From a virus: 64,000 bases of DNA. Positions 51,779 to 61,360 of the stretch are shown here, piece after piece; positions within the stretch are counted from its first letter, which is position 1, and each line of letters begins with the position of its first letter. The notes under the pieces are model-generated. The model was given only the letters and a program-made list of their open reading frames with translations. It did no database searches and was not told the origin of the DNA. A program made the translations under genes and the position numbers. Where the stretch lies: IMG/VR virus record IMGVR_UViG_3300022689_000474, positions 88,053 to 152,052 of that record; one strand, given 5' to 3'.

Positions 51779-52669
51779 TTATTTATTTAATATAAACATT
51801 GTATATGCGTAGAATCTTATTATACCTTTCTTATACTTTCTATTGAAACTTTTAGTTAACTGTTTATCTATATAATTTATTTCAATTATCTTCTTTGATA
51901 TCTTATCTACTTTCTCTTTATTCGTTTCTTTATTATATCTCTTTATTAAATCTTTTTTTATTATAGATAATCTATCTTTAGTACTTCTTATAAGTATATA
52001 TAAAGTACTATCATCCATATTACTTATAGCTCTTAAACCTTCTATATTATCTTTATTGTTAATATATATTTGTATTAAATTATAATTAATACCATATGAG
52101 TATAATTGTTTTAATCTATACTCATTTAATAACTTACCTGATTCATTTATATATAATTCTAATTTCTTTCTATCTAATTTTATCTTTTCATAATCATTAT
52201 TGCAATATGAACATAATAGATCCCAACACTTATTTATATATCCTTTAATAAAATATTTGCTTATATCTTTCTTTAAATCTATATAAAAATCACATTCATT
52301 TATATGTACTATATTTATGTCAATATGTTCTAAAGAATCCCTCTTACCTTTTGTTATATTCTCTTCTGTTATTAAAAATATATGATTTTGTATATGTATA
52401 TTATCTATAGGATTCTTAATATAATATTCTATGAATTTATATATATCTATTTTTATATCTGGATTTAAGAATTTAATTATATATATATCTCTTAATATTC
52501 CTTCATCCGTTATATTTAAAGGACTTTTTATATATCTATATAATTCTTTAGGATTATCTATATTAATTGCATTAATACTATATATATTTCTATCTTTATT
52601 AAATTCTATTCGGTCTTCTATAAATTTCCTTGAAAATCCATACCCCCCTATTAATAAATTAATCTTCAT
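51779..52669 (-). CDS. Divergent clamp-loader delta (HolA-like) subunit
   Basis: Overlaps the dnaX-like gene. N-terminal LLIGG and LLCSYCNNDYEKIKLDRKKLELY resemble the HolA 'L....G.DL..L..ELEKL.LY' helix. Confidence 0.5.
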   Translation of the reverse strand: MKINLLIGGYGFSRKFIEDRIEFNKDRNIYSINAINIDNPKELYRYIKSPLNITDEGILRDIYIIKFLNPDIKIDIYKFIEYYIKNPIDNIHIQNHIFLITEENITKGKRDSLEHIDINIVHINECDFYIDLKKDISKYFIKGYINKCWDLLCSYCNNDYEKIKLDRKKLELYINESGKLLNEYRLKQLYSYGINYNLIQIYINNKDNIEGLRAISNMDDSTLYILIRSTKDRLSIIKKDLIKRYNKETNKEKVDKISKKIIEINYIDKQLTKSFNRKYKKGIIRFYAYTMFILNK

Positions 52670-53912
52670 CTAAACTATTACCAAGTAATCTTTCTACTAT
52701 ATTATCTCTATATTTATATTCGATACCTCTATTAACTTCTTCTTTAACTTCCCCTTTAATCTTATCTTTTTCTATCTCTTCTTTATTACATACTTCTATA
52801 TTCTTATCTTCCTTATTACATTTACCTAATACCTTAAATACATTTTTATTACTATTAGCTATAAGAGCAACTTCTATAGATATTCCTTCTTGTATACATG
52901 AATATATATCTCTTGTTAAAGAGAGTACTTCCTTCTGTTCCTTATCATCTTTTATATATAATGTATATATACTTAAATCTTCTAATATAAAATTAGTAAG
53001 AGTTTCTTCCTTAAGACCTTTAGATTTCCAAGTTTCTATAAGATGTCTACTTTCTGTACTTTTTTTATATAAACAAGCATATAACTTAATCCTTTCAGAA
53101 GGAGTACAACCTCCACCTAAAACTTCATAAATGATATCTTCAGTAATATCTTCTATACTGATCCTAGGATGAATAAGATTAAATTTACTCCAAGCTTCTC
53201 CCATAGTTTTATTCGTGAGAGAACTAAATGCATCTATAGCTTTTATATCCATTTGGGGAAATATAGATATCATTCTTTTCTTTATCTCTTTACTAGAATG
53301 AAATCCTAGTTCATAATCTTGTGCTCTTCTTCTTAAAGCTTCTGCAGTTACACTACCTATAGACTCGAGATCCATAGTAGTTAAAATCCATAATGAATTG
53401 AAGTTTCTATGTGGAGGGGGTTCAAATGCTTCTAATAACTGTTGTATTGCATTACCACTTAATTTCTGTACTTCATTAATAATGTTTATTACTCTTTGTT
53501 CTTTATTTATTATTTCTCCTTTTTCATTCTCTAATATCATTGGGGGACTTTGACTTTTAGATATTAAAGTTTCTAATATTAGTTTATCTGAAGCTTTCCC
53601 TATAGTAATACTTGTTATATTATCTTCTGATATACCTAAACATACATCACAATAACCACAAGGTTCAGAACTCCCTTTCTCTCTATTTAGACAATTTGTA
53701 CTCGATGCTATTATTTGAGCTAATGTTGTTTTACCTGTGCCTGGAGGACCATATATTAATATAAATTTGACCGGTTCATTATTCTCTATATTAAATCTTA
53801 TATTTTCTATATACTGTGGATTTATACCTATAAGATCAGACCAAGTATTAGGTCTATATTTTTCTGATAATGAAACATAAATAAAATCTTTTTTCTTATT
53901 CTCTTCTGTCAT
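52659..53912 (-). CDS. dnaX: DNA polymerase III gamma/tau-like clamp-loader ATPase
   Basis: LSEKYRP..WSDLIG, GPPGTGKTT, Zn motif NC...EPCGYCDVC, and IINEVQKLS..A.QQLLEAFEPPP. Confidence 0.88.
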   Translation of the reverse strand: MTEENKKKDFIYVSLSEKYRPNTWSDLIGINPQYIENIRFNIENNEPVKFILIYGPPGTGKTTLAQIIASSTNCLNREKGSSEPCGYCDVCLGISEDNITSITIGKASDKLILETLISKSQSPPMILENEKGEIINKEQRVINIINEVQKLSGNAIQQLLEAFEPPPHRNFNSLWILTTMDLESIGSVTAEALRRRAQDYELGFHSSKEIKKRMISIFPQMDIKAIDAFSSLTNKTMGEAWSKFNLIHPRISIEDITEDIIYEVLGGGCTPSERIKLYACLYKKSTESRHLIETWKSKGLKEETLTNFILEDLSIYTLYIKDDKEQKEVLSLTRDIYSCIQEGISIEVALIANSNKNVFKVLGKCNKEDKNIEVCNKEEIEKDKIKGEVKEEVNRGIEYKYRDNIVERLLGNSLDED

Positions 53913-53953
53913 TTATAAACTCACCTCCCTATTTATTTCCTAACTATAATAAT

Positions 53954-54679
53954 TTATTTTCTAAGAGATATACTTTCTAATACTTTTCTTTTTGCTAATT
54001 CATAATCTTTTACTAAGAAATAAATAGGATCTAAAGGTTCATATTCAAAAGGATAAATAACTTCTTTTGGTACTCTACTACCATCTTTCTTTATTGTATA
54101 TGACTTTATCTTACCTTTTATACAATTACTACCTATTATGGGATTATAACTTACTATAATTGGATGTTTACCAGAAAATCTAGAATAGTGAACTTTATTT
54201 CTATTCTCTTTAATACCTCCCTTTTTATCAGGTAAAAATACTTTAAATGCTTCTGAACCAGCTACTAATATAGGAGTATTTATATTAATACTAGATAGAT
54301 CTAACTTTGTCCAATCAGAACATATATTTCTATCAGATTGTTTTATATTTGCTTTATCACCCCTCTCTCCCATAGGGTTACATCTAATTACATTACCAAA
54401 TAATATATGGTTATAAAAAGGTTTATATTTATCTTCTAATTCAGGATCTTTATCAAATATATTTTCTATTATCATTGTTAAGAACCATCCTGCATTCCTT
54501 TTACTCTCGTCAGGACTTAATGATATATTCGTTCTTTCTTCTATAATAGATGGATAATCACTATATATACAAAGTAATACGTCTTTAAAAGGTACTTTTG
54601 AAGTACTATGTATAGATTTACCTGTTGATAAGGAACATTTTACACAAGATGGATCGTTATCTGGAGTTCTATAAACCAT
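53954..54679 (-). CDS. Uracil-DNA glycosylase family 4-like protein with divergent catalytic motifs
   Basis: CVKCSL, AGWFL, NVIRCNP, IC..W..DL and ILVAG..A give the family-4 skeleton with four Cys. Confidence 0.7.
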   Translation of the reverse strand: MVYRTPDNDPSCVKCSLSTGKSIHSTSKVPFKDVLLCIYSDYPSIIEERTNISLSPDESKRNAGWFLTMIIENIFDKDPELEDKYKPFYNHILFGNVIRCNPMGERGDKANIKQSDRNICSDWTKLDLSSININTPILVAGSEAFKVFLPDKKGGIKENRNKVHYSRFSGKHPIIVSYNPIIGSNCIKGKIKSYTIKKDGSRVPKEVIYPFEYEPLDPIYFLVKDYELAKRKVLESISLRK

Positions 54680-54711
54680 TATTTTTCTCTCTCTATTTTT
54701 ATTTATATATT

Positions 54712-54743
54712 AAAAACCTCCAGATACTTTATATATCTGGAGG
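54712..54743 (-). terminator. Intrinsic terminator after dUTPase
   Basis: CCTCCAGATA / TATCTGGAGG stem followed by TTTTT on the - strand. Confidence 0.7.
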
Positions 54744-54751
54744 ATTGTAAT

Positions 54752-55387
54752 TTAGAAGATACCTCCTGTACTTCCAAATCCTCCTCTATTTTCGGCTTCC
54801 CAATCTCTTTCTTTATCTATATTATTAATAGGATAAAGATTTACATAAGGCATAGCAATTAATTGTGCTAATCTTTCTCCAACATTAATAAAGTAACTCT
54901 CATCAGTATATGAAATAAGATTAAGATATACTTCATCTTCAGGTCCACAATAATCTGGATCTATAACTCCAACATTATTACCTAAAGTAATACCTCCTAT
55001 CTTAATAAGACTACTTCTAGGATATATAGCAAACCAAGCTAAAGAACTTTCAGGTTTAATACAGAACCCAGTCTTAACTAATTGAGCATCATACTTCTTC
55101 CTATATATAATCTCTTTACCTTCATTATCTTCTTCAATATAAAAGGAGGTAAAACCCCCTTCTATTGAAGATAAAACTTCTTCTTTATTATTTTCTGGTA
55201 GACTATTTAATTCACATACAGGTACATATTTAAATTTACCTAATTCATCTAATACTTTATGAGGATGGATTATTTTAGGTTCTGCAGCCATTAAATCTCT
55301 GCCAACACTCAAGGGAGTGCCTTTATTCATCTGTCCTTCAGGGAAATGATCTAAACATAGAATAGAAGTTTCTAATTCAAATTTCAT
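54752..55387 (-). CDS. dut: Trimeric dUTPase
   Basis: GRDL, PRSSL, GVIDPDYCG, GERLAQL and RGGFGSTG (motifs 1-5). Confidence 0.95.
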   Translation of the reverse strand: MKFELETSILCLDHFPEGQMNKGTPLSVGRDLMAAEPKIIHPHKVLDELGKFKYVPVCELNSLPENNKEEVLSSIEGGFTSFYIEEDNEGKEIIYRKKYDAQLVKTGFCIKPESSLAWFAIYPRSSLIKIGGITLGNNVGVIDPDYCGPEDEVYLNLISYTDESYFINVGERLAQLIAMPYVNLYPINNIDKERDWEAENRGGFGSTGGIF

Positions 55388-55683
55388 AAAAAATATAAAT
55401 CTAAAGAATTTTCATTACAGAATTGTTTCAACCAGTTATAAAAAGTAATGTAAGTATGATTATATAATTTGAATGAGAAAGATCTATAAATTGCTATATA
55501 CTTTAAAGGTTCTAAATAATAATGTTCCCATAGTTGTATATAAATATCAAAATCACTTTCTTTTAGATAAATAATATTAATATTAGATAAAGGTATATCT
55601 CTAAGTTTATCAGGTAATAATGTAATTACATCACAATCTTCTTTATAAGTAAGAGGATATAATATAAGTAAGGATATTGACAT
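55384..55683 (-). CDS. Hypothetical protein (99 aa)
   Basis: Overlaps both neighbouring genes by 1-4 bp. Confidence 0.55.
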   Translation of the reverse strand: MSISLLILYPLTYKEDCDVITLLPDKLRDIPLSNINIIYLKESDFDIYIQLWEHYYLEPLKYIAIYRSFSFKLYNHTYITFYNWLKQFCNENSLDLYFL

Positions 55684-56978
55684 TATTCTGTTTTCACATT
55701 AGAAGGAAGATAAGTAGTGGGACTTCCATCTATAACTCCAGTTACTAATTTGAATATTAAATAACAAGGATCTTTAGGTTCTTTCATGTTTTCTATTTTA
55801 TATACATCTATCTGCATATTCGAATTCTTTAAAGAAGAATAAACTCTTGCAACCTTATCAGTCTCAGGTGCGAATAATGTAATTGGATTCCAATTTTCTT
55901 TATCTATCTGTAAAGTATTAAGAGGAATCTTACCAGCTTCTCTAGTATTTTCTCCTTTCATCTCTAAACAATTTTCTTCTATATTTAAATCCATAGTTAA
56001 TTCAGTTGTATTATCTTCTGGAGAACTATGAATTTTTACTACATTTATAAAGTCTTCTATTCTAAAACTAAAATATCCTAATCTAATGAATTTATTTCCT
56101 TTATTGAGTAAAAATCTATCTATTTGGTCATATTGTTGAGAAACAGTAGTATTATCTTTTACATATATTATTTCTCCACAACTAACTACTATTTTGAATA
56201 GATTATCTGTCTCTTCATCTTTATATAATTTAAATACTGAATCTACAAATTGAGGTTTTATAAAATCTCTAATATAAGGAGTAATCCAACATTTACTATT
56301 TTCTTTATGTACTTCAGTATTAAAATCTATAGAAACAACAATAGAAGACATATCTCCTTTAGCTATTAAACTTACTAGTCCAGAACTTTCTTTTGTTTTA
56401 ATACAAATAGGATTCCTCTTATCTAAGAAATAAATATTCCTTAAACCTTCACATAGAGGAGTCATTATTTCTTTATCTTCTTCTTCTTGTAATTTAATAA
56501 CAGAATCATTTAATATTAATTCCCATTTTCTACCTTGTTGAGTTAAACCGGACCTAACTATTCTTACATCTCCTCCATATATAGGTTTATTAATACTACC
56601 TAAAGACCCCATATTATATATAATACGACTATCTGTAGTCTTTATACTAAATACAGCTATATCATCTAATAAACTTTTATTTAATATCTTAAGATTCTCA
56701 GGTAAAACATAAACACTACCTTCTTCATCTATATCACACTCTATATATACTTTTATCTTATAAAAAAGATTATTAGAACTATTTTCTATAAATAACTTAC
56801 CTTTCTTAGGATTAGCAACTAAGGTCTCTTTTGGTAATTGACAACTTATTTTTATGGGTTCTTCTTTAAGACTTGAAGAGTTTTGACCTGCTATTATTTG
56901 ATTTAATAAGAATAAATACTTCTTTACATCTTTTATAGAAACTTTCATTTTATTTCCTTTTATATTTAATGTTTCCAA
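55683..56978 (-). CDS. Divergent sliding clamp (DnaN/beta-like)
   Basis: Directly follows polA. The N-terminus MKVSIKD..LLNQII...PIKI...KLFIE...I.CDIDEEGSVYVLPENL..L.KSL follows the DnaN domain-1 pattern, and the length suits three clamp domains. Confidence 0.55.
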   Translation of the reverse strand: METLNIKGNKMKVSIKDVKKYLFLLNQIIAGQNSSSLKEEPIKISCQLPKETLVANPKKGKLFIENSSNNLFYKIKVYIECDIDEEGSVYVLPENLKILNKSLLDDIAVFSIKTTDSRIIYNMGSLGSINKPIYGGDVRIVRSGLTQQGRKWELILNDSVIKLQEEEDKEIMTPLCEGLRNIYFLDKRNPICIKTKESSGLVSLIAKGDMSSIVVSIDFNTEVHKENSKCWITPYIRDFIKPQFVDSVFKLYKDEETDNLFKIVVSCGEIIYVKDNTTVSQQYDQIDRFLLNKGNKFIRLGYFSFRIEDFINVVKIHSSPEDNTTELTMDLNIEENCLEMKGENTREAGKIPLNTLQIDKENWNPITLFAPETDKVARVYSSLKNSNMQIDVYKIENMKEPKDPCYLIFKLVTGVIDGSPTTYLPSNVKTE

Positions 56979-59302
56979 TATGGTGCTAGTTCTCTAGATA
57001 CACCTACAATAATTTCATCTCTATTAACTCCCATCATTTCTATAATATCTCTTTCTGCATCTTCCATACATTTAACTATTTCATCTGCTATCTCTTTACT
57101 CTCATTACTAACTTCAAATATTGGTTTCATATAACCATTATCTACTTTAATATCTATTAATTTACAAGTACCTGGTATTTCACAATTATATTCATCATGT
57201 ACTACACTTAAACTCTTTATATCTTTTACTCTTTTTTTTATATATAAACATGCTAATTTAGTCATATCAGCAGCACTACCTTGTACTATTGCATTTACAG
57301 CTTTTCTTCCAGTAGATTCTGCATTATGAACACCTTTAGCATTTCTCTCCCAAATACTAATTCTTCTTCCAGAAGGAATTGTTACTATTTTTTCTACTTT
57401 ACCTCTCTCATGATTTGTCTTAAGCCATTTATTTAGATTTGGGAATCCTTTTAAATAATTATCTATTCTATCTTTAGCTTCTTCTACAGTAATATTAAAA
57501 TCTTGAGCAAATGATCTATCTGTCTTTCCATAAATAATACTAAAATTAACTATCTTTCCATGATGTCTTGGAACTACTCCATTACTATCTGGAGTCCTAG
57601 CAAACTTATTTAATTTATATAATGGAATTTCTTTAAGACTAGGAAATATAAATTTAGCTGCTTTTATATGTAAATCTGAATCAGGATTGACTACTTTCTC
57701 TTTAGTTTCAGGATTATATATATAAGGATTATCTCTCTTCTCTCTAAATGATTGAATCATTTCAGTCTCACTTGATAGATATGCTACTATTACTAACTCT
57801 TGAGAAGAATAATCAAAACTACCAAATACTCCTTCACTGGATGTAAATAAATTTCTTGGTGATACATTTATCTTATATCTTTTACTATTTTTATTTTCCC
57901 TTCCCATTATTTCTTCTGCTGATGCTTCTATCTCTATTATACTATTTGGTATATTTTGAGCATTTATCTTTGTCCTTTCGTCTTTAGAAGCACCTCTACC
58001 AGTACTAGTTCCTACTGGAAGAATAGTTAAATGTAATCTATTAGTCTTATTATCGACCATATTAATATATTTATTTATAAATTCATTTAACTTTGTAAAT
58101 TTCTTATAATTGATAAGAGATTTTATTAACTTAATTTTCTCTTCTATATTCTTTGTATACTGTTTTTGTATATATAAACTATTTTCTTTCTCTTCTGATT
58201 TATCTTTTATATTTACTTCATTATTGTTATGTTCATATAAATCTTCTATTTCTTCTTTCTTTTCATATAAATCTTGTATTTCTTTTAATACTTCTAATAA
58301 AACTTTTGATTCTGAATTAGTTATATATAAATTAGGGTCTATCTTCTTAAGGTTTTTATTTATCATTTTCACCATACCTATTGGATTATTAAAGGTGGTG
58401 ATTACTTGAGAAGGAATTACATATTCATCTTCAAATGGATCATATTTTACTGATACATTTAACCCTTTACACAGATCTAATAAACTTTCTCTTTTCTTCT
58501 TTTTTATAGTTTCCAATAATATCTCTTTTAGAGGATTATTTATTGGCCAACCATTAAACTTCATATCTGCCATTACAGATACACATTTCTGATCCAGTTC
58601 AAATGCCCACTTTTCTTTTATTAAATTACAACAAATATCTTCAATAACTATATATCCCTCTATTAATATTGATTTAAGGGGTTTATTAGTAAAGGGATTC
58701 AAGTATCCTCTAGGAGCACCTACATCTAATATAGAATATTCTAACTGTTCATCACTCAATACTTCTGGAGACCAATCAGATTTCTGTTGTGTTTTATCTA
58801 GATTGATATCAAATAGACTTCTTGCCATATCTGCTAAAGAAAGACCATTCTTTATACCTTCTTTCCAACCTTGAGAAACATATAAAGAACCTAGAGCAGT
58901 ATATGTATCATTTATATTTGAGAATTCTATATCATAAACTTTTCTCAATATGATATATTCATACATTGAATTATGACCTATAAGTTTTATTCTCTCATGA
59001 TGTAGATTCTCTAATAATTCTAATAATTCAATTATAATATCTTTAGAGATTTTATAAGTATCTATAATATAAGGACATTCCCAATCTAAACAGAATAATT
59101 GTATTAATCTAACTATTGCATTTGTATGAATTAAAGCACCCCCATCTAAAGTTTTATCTATAGGACTCGTTTCTATATCTATACCAAAATATGTAATCTT
59201 ATTATCTTTTATAGTTTTCCTAACTATGTCTTTTAAACTTGTTATATCTTCTTTATTTTCAATAATATATGTATCTGTCAGTTTGAAGTTTAATCTCTTC
59301 AT
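56966..59302 (-). CDS. polA: Family A DNA polymerase with 3'-5' exonuclease
   Basis: DIET, GHN, QKSDW..QLEYS..DV, TSTGR, NAQNIP, DYSSQE, RHHGKIVNFSIIYG (Phe at the E. coli 762 position), NAIVQGSAAD and VHDE. Confidence 0.95.
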   Translation of the reverse strand: MKRLNFKLTDTYIIENKEDITSLKDIVRKTIKDNKITYFGIDIETSPIDKTLDGGALIHTNAIVRLIQLFCLDWECPYIIDTYKISKDIIIELLELLENLHHERIKLIGHNSMYEYIILRKVYDIEFSNINDTYTALGSLYVSQGWKEGIKNGLSLADMARSLFDINLDKTQQKSDWSPEVLSDEQLEYSILDVGAPRGYLNPFTNKPLKSILIEGYIVIEDICCNLIKEKWAFELDQKCVSVMADMKFNGWPINNPLKEILLETIKKKKRESLLDLCKGLNVSVKYDPFEDEYVIPSQVITTFNNPIGMVKMINKNLKKIDPNLYITNSESKVLLEVLKEIQDLYEKKEEIEDLYEHNNNEVNIKDKSEEKENSLYIQKQYTKNIEEKIKLIKSLINYKKFTKLNEFINKYINMVDNKTNRLHLTILPVGTSTGRGASKDERTKINAQNIPNSIIEIEASAEEIMGRENKNSKRYKINVSPRNLFTSSEGVFGSFDYSSQELVIVAYLSSETEMIQSFREKRDNPYIYNPETKEKVVNPDSDLHIKAAKFIFPSLKEIPLYKLNKFARTPDSNGVVPRHHGKIVNFSIIYGKTDRSFAQDFNITVEEAKDRIDNYLKGFPNLNKWLKTNHERGKVEKIVTIPSGRRISIWERNAKGVHNAESTGRKAVNAIVQGSAADMTKLACLYIKKRVKDIKSLSVVHDEYNCEIPGTCKLIDIKVDNGYMKPIFEVSNESKEIADEIVKCMEDAERDIIEMMGVNRDEIIVGVSRELAPYWKH

Positions 59303-59374
59303 CTTTTTACTTCCATCTAATTACTTATTTATTTATTAAATGTAATCATCTATTAAAACTAAACTTATATTAAT

Positions 59375-59953
59375 TTATTCTTCTAGATATACCTCTTTAT
59401 TACTTTTATTTATTACTTCTTGAACTAATCTTTCTAACTCGGGGTCCTCTGTTTCTTTCTCTTTAATTCCTTCATTTCCTTTATAAACATTTACTTCATT
59501 ACTTGAATCTCCTGACTTATCAAATGTATAATATGATTCATTTGGAATATTATGGGGTCTTGTACTAGGTATAGTTGGATATATACCTCTATTAGAAGTA
59601 CTTCTTGATCTATCCATAATATCTAAAGGTTTGACGCTTTGATTATAATCTGTACTAAGATTAGGGACTGTTATATTTGAATCAACTTCATAAGGATCTC
59701 CTTCATAAGTTTTATTTGGAATATTATATTGACTTATATTCCTATTATCTAATCCTATATTTGATTCAGTATATTGATTACTAGATTTATTATATCCACT
59801 AGCTGTTGAAGTTAAAGTTTTATTACTTAATTCTAAGAATCTATTACATTCTTCTATTAACTTCTTCAGAAGTTCTAAAGGAATTCTCTCTATTTCACCT
59901 TCATTAGGTAATTTTAACTTTTTCCAAGTCTCTATTTTTTGTAGTCTAGCCAT
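59375..59953 (-). CDS. Hypothetical protein (192 aa), largely low-complexity
   Basis: ORF between the recA-like gene and polA. Confidence 0.55.
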   Translation of the reverse strand: MARLQKIETWKKLKLPNEGEIERIPLELLKKLIEECNRFLELSNKTLTSTASGYNKSSNQYTESNIGLDNRNISQYNIPNKTYEGDPYEVDSNITVPNLSTDYNQSVKPLDIMDRSRSTSNRGIYPTIPSTRPHNIPNESYYTFDKSGDSSNEVNVYKGNEGIKEKETEDPELERLVQEVINKSNKEVYLEE

Positions 59954-59958
59954 AAGTT

Positions 59959-60663
59959 TTATAATATATTTATCTTACTTTCAATGAAAGGTTCTCCTAC
60001 TTTATTACATATATTTTGTATATATAAATGTTTAGGAATATCTTCTGATAAAAAGTAACTATCTTTTAATATAACTCTAATATCACAACTTAAAGATAAA
60101 GATTTACTTTCATTACTTTTAGTATTTAAACCTTGTAATTTATTAGTATAAGTTATGAAAAAAATAGATATATTATTATCAAATATCTTTTTCTTAAATT
60201 TCATTAATACTTTATCTAAATATCTCGCTTTCATAACTTCTGGGCTATTAGAAGAGAAATTACCTATAGGTCTTTCATCTTTAAGATTAGCTAAAGATAA
60301 AGAATCAATCCATATAAGATCTATTATACCTTTATTAATTATTTCAGATATGAGTTTGATAATAGTACGAAGATCATTTGTCTGAGAGACTAATAAAGAA
60401 TTAATATCTACATTATAAAGTTCAGCTATATTTGCATTATAAGAAGAATCAGTATCAAATATTAAAGAACATAATCCCTTATTCTGAGTCAATGATATTA
60501 ACTTGTATACCAAAGAACTTTTACCTGATTGTTCTAAACCTAATATTTCAATCATACATCCTAAAGGTAATCCTTTAGTCTCATGTCCAAATAATTGATT
60601 AAGAGTCTTATCATGCAAATCTATAAACATAGATGGAGGAAAGAACTCAAACTCTAAAGTCAT
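59959..60663 (-). CDS. Short, divergent RecA-like protein
   Basis: GLPLGCMIEILGLEQSGKSSL, VDINSLLVSQ, IDLIWIDSL and KAR follow the RecA core; only 234 aa. Confidence 0.75.
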   Translation of the reverse strand: MTLEFEFFPPSMFIDLHDKTLNQLFGHETKGLPLGCMIEILGLEQSGKSSLVYKLISLTQNKGLCSLIFDTDSSYNANIAELYNVDINSLLVSQTNDLRTIIKLISEIINKGIIDLIWIDSLSLANLKDERPIGNFSSNSPEVMKARYLDKVLMKFKKKIFDNNISIFFITYTNKLQGLNTKSNESKSLSLSCDIRVILKDSYFLSEDIPKHLYIQNICNKVGEPFIESKINIL

Positions 60664-60702
60664 ATAATTATTTTTATCTACTATTCATACATTATAAAAT
60701 AT

Positions 60703-61287
60703 ATGCAAACTATAAGATATAATGAGATCGTTCCCAATTCTAATATAAATTCTCCGATGATAAATAATGAGGAGGAGTGTGTACCTATAAGGTATGCTAA
60801 ATGTACTTTTTTAAATATAGTCTACGGTTTATTTATGGACTTAGATGAAGTACCTGATTGTGATTTAAATACAAGTTGTAATAAATTTACAATCCCACCT
60901 CAATTAGTTTCTATACCAGATGGGAAATCATCTCAGATGAATTATGATATATCACCTCAACAGGAAATAAGTATAAACTTTTCTTCTTTTGGAATGGAGA
61001 GATTACTATATTTCATTTTACAGGCCAAATGCGGTGATTTCTTATATAAATTTGATACTTGTAATTCCTGGGTAAAAGCTAGAACAATCTTTCAAGATTT
61101 AACTGATTTTAGGATATGTTGTGATGATGGATTTAATTTCTTACATAAACCTGTTTATGATAATACCCCTTTTCCTTTTCATCAATCTATTACATTAAAG
61201 AACTATTTTCCTAAAGAAGGATTATTTATAAAACCGGATCTAAAGATAAAGAATATTAGAGTTTATATGATAGCTGTTGGATTATAA
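60703..61287 (+). CDS. Hypothetical Cys-rich protein (194 aa), lone + strand gene
   Basis: Fills the gap between - strand genes and is followed by a symmetric hairpin. Confidence 0.6.
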   Translation: MQTIRYNEIVPNSNINSPMINNEEECVPIRYAKCTFLNIVYGLFMDLDEVPDCDLNTSCNKFTIPPQLVSIPDGKSSQMNYDISPQQEISINFSSFGMERLLYFILQAKCGDFLYKFDTCNSWVKARTIFQDLTDFRICCDDGFNFLHKPVYDNTPFPFHQSITLKNYFPKEGLFIKPDLKIKNIRVYMIAVGL

Positions 61288-61295
61288 ATATAAAT

Positions 61296-61326
61296 AAATA
61301 TACCTCGCTATCTGCGAGGTATATTT
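61296..61326. terminator. Probable bidirectional terminator between convergent genes
   Basis: Perfect 13-bp inverted repeat AAATATACCTCGC-TATCT-GCGAGGTATATTT. Confidence 0.75.
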
Positions 61327-61360
61327 CCTTTAATCAATCAATTAATTAATATAAAAGTTA

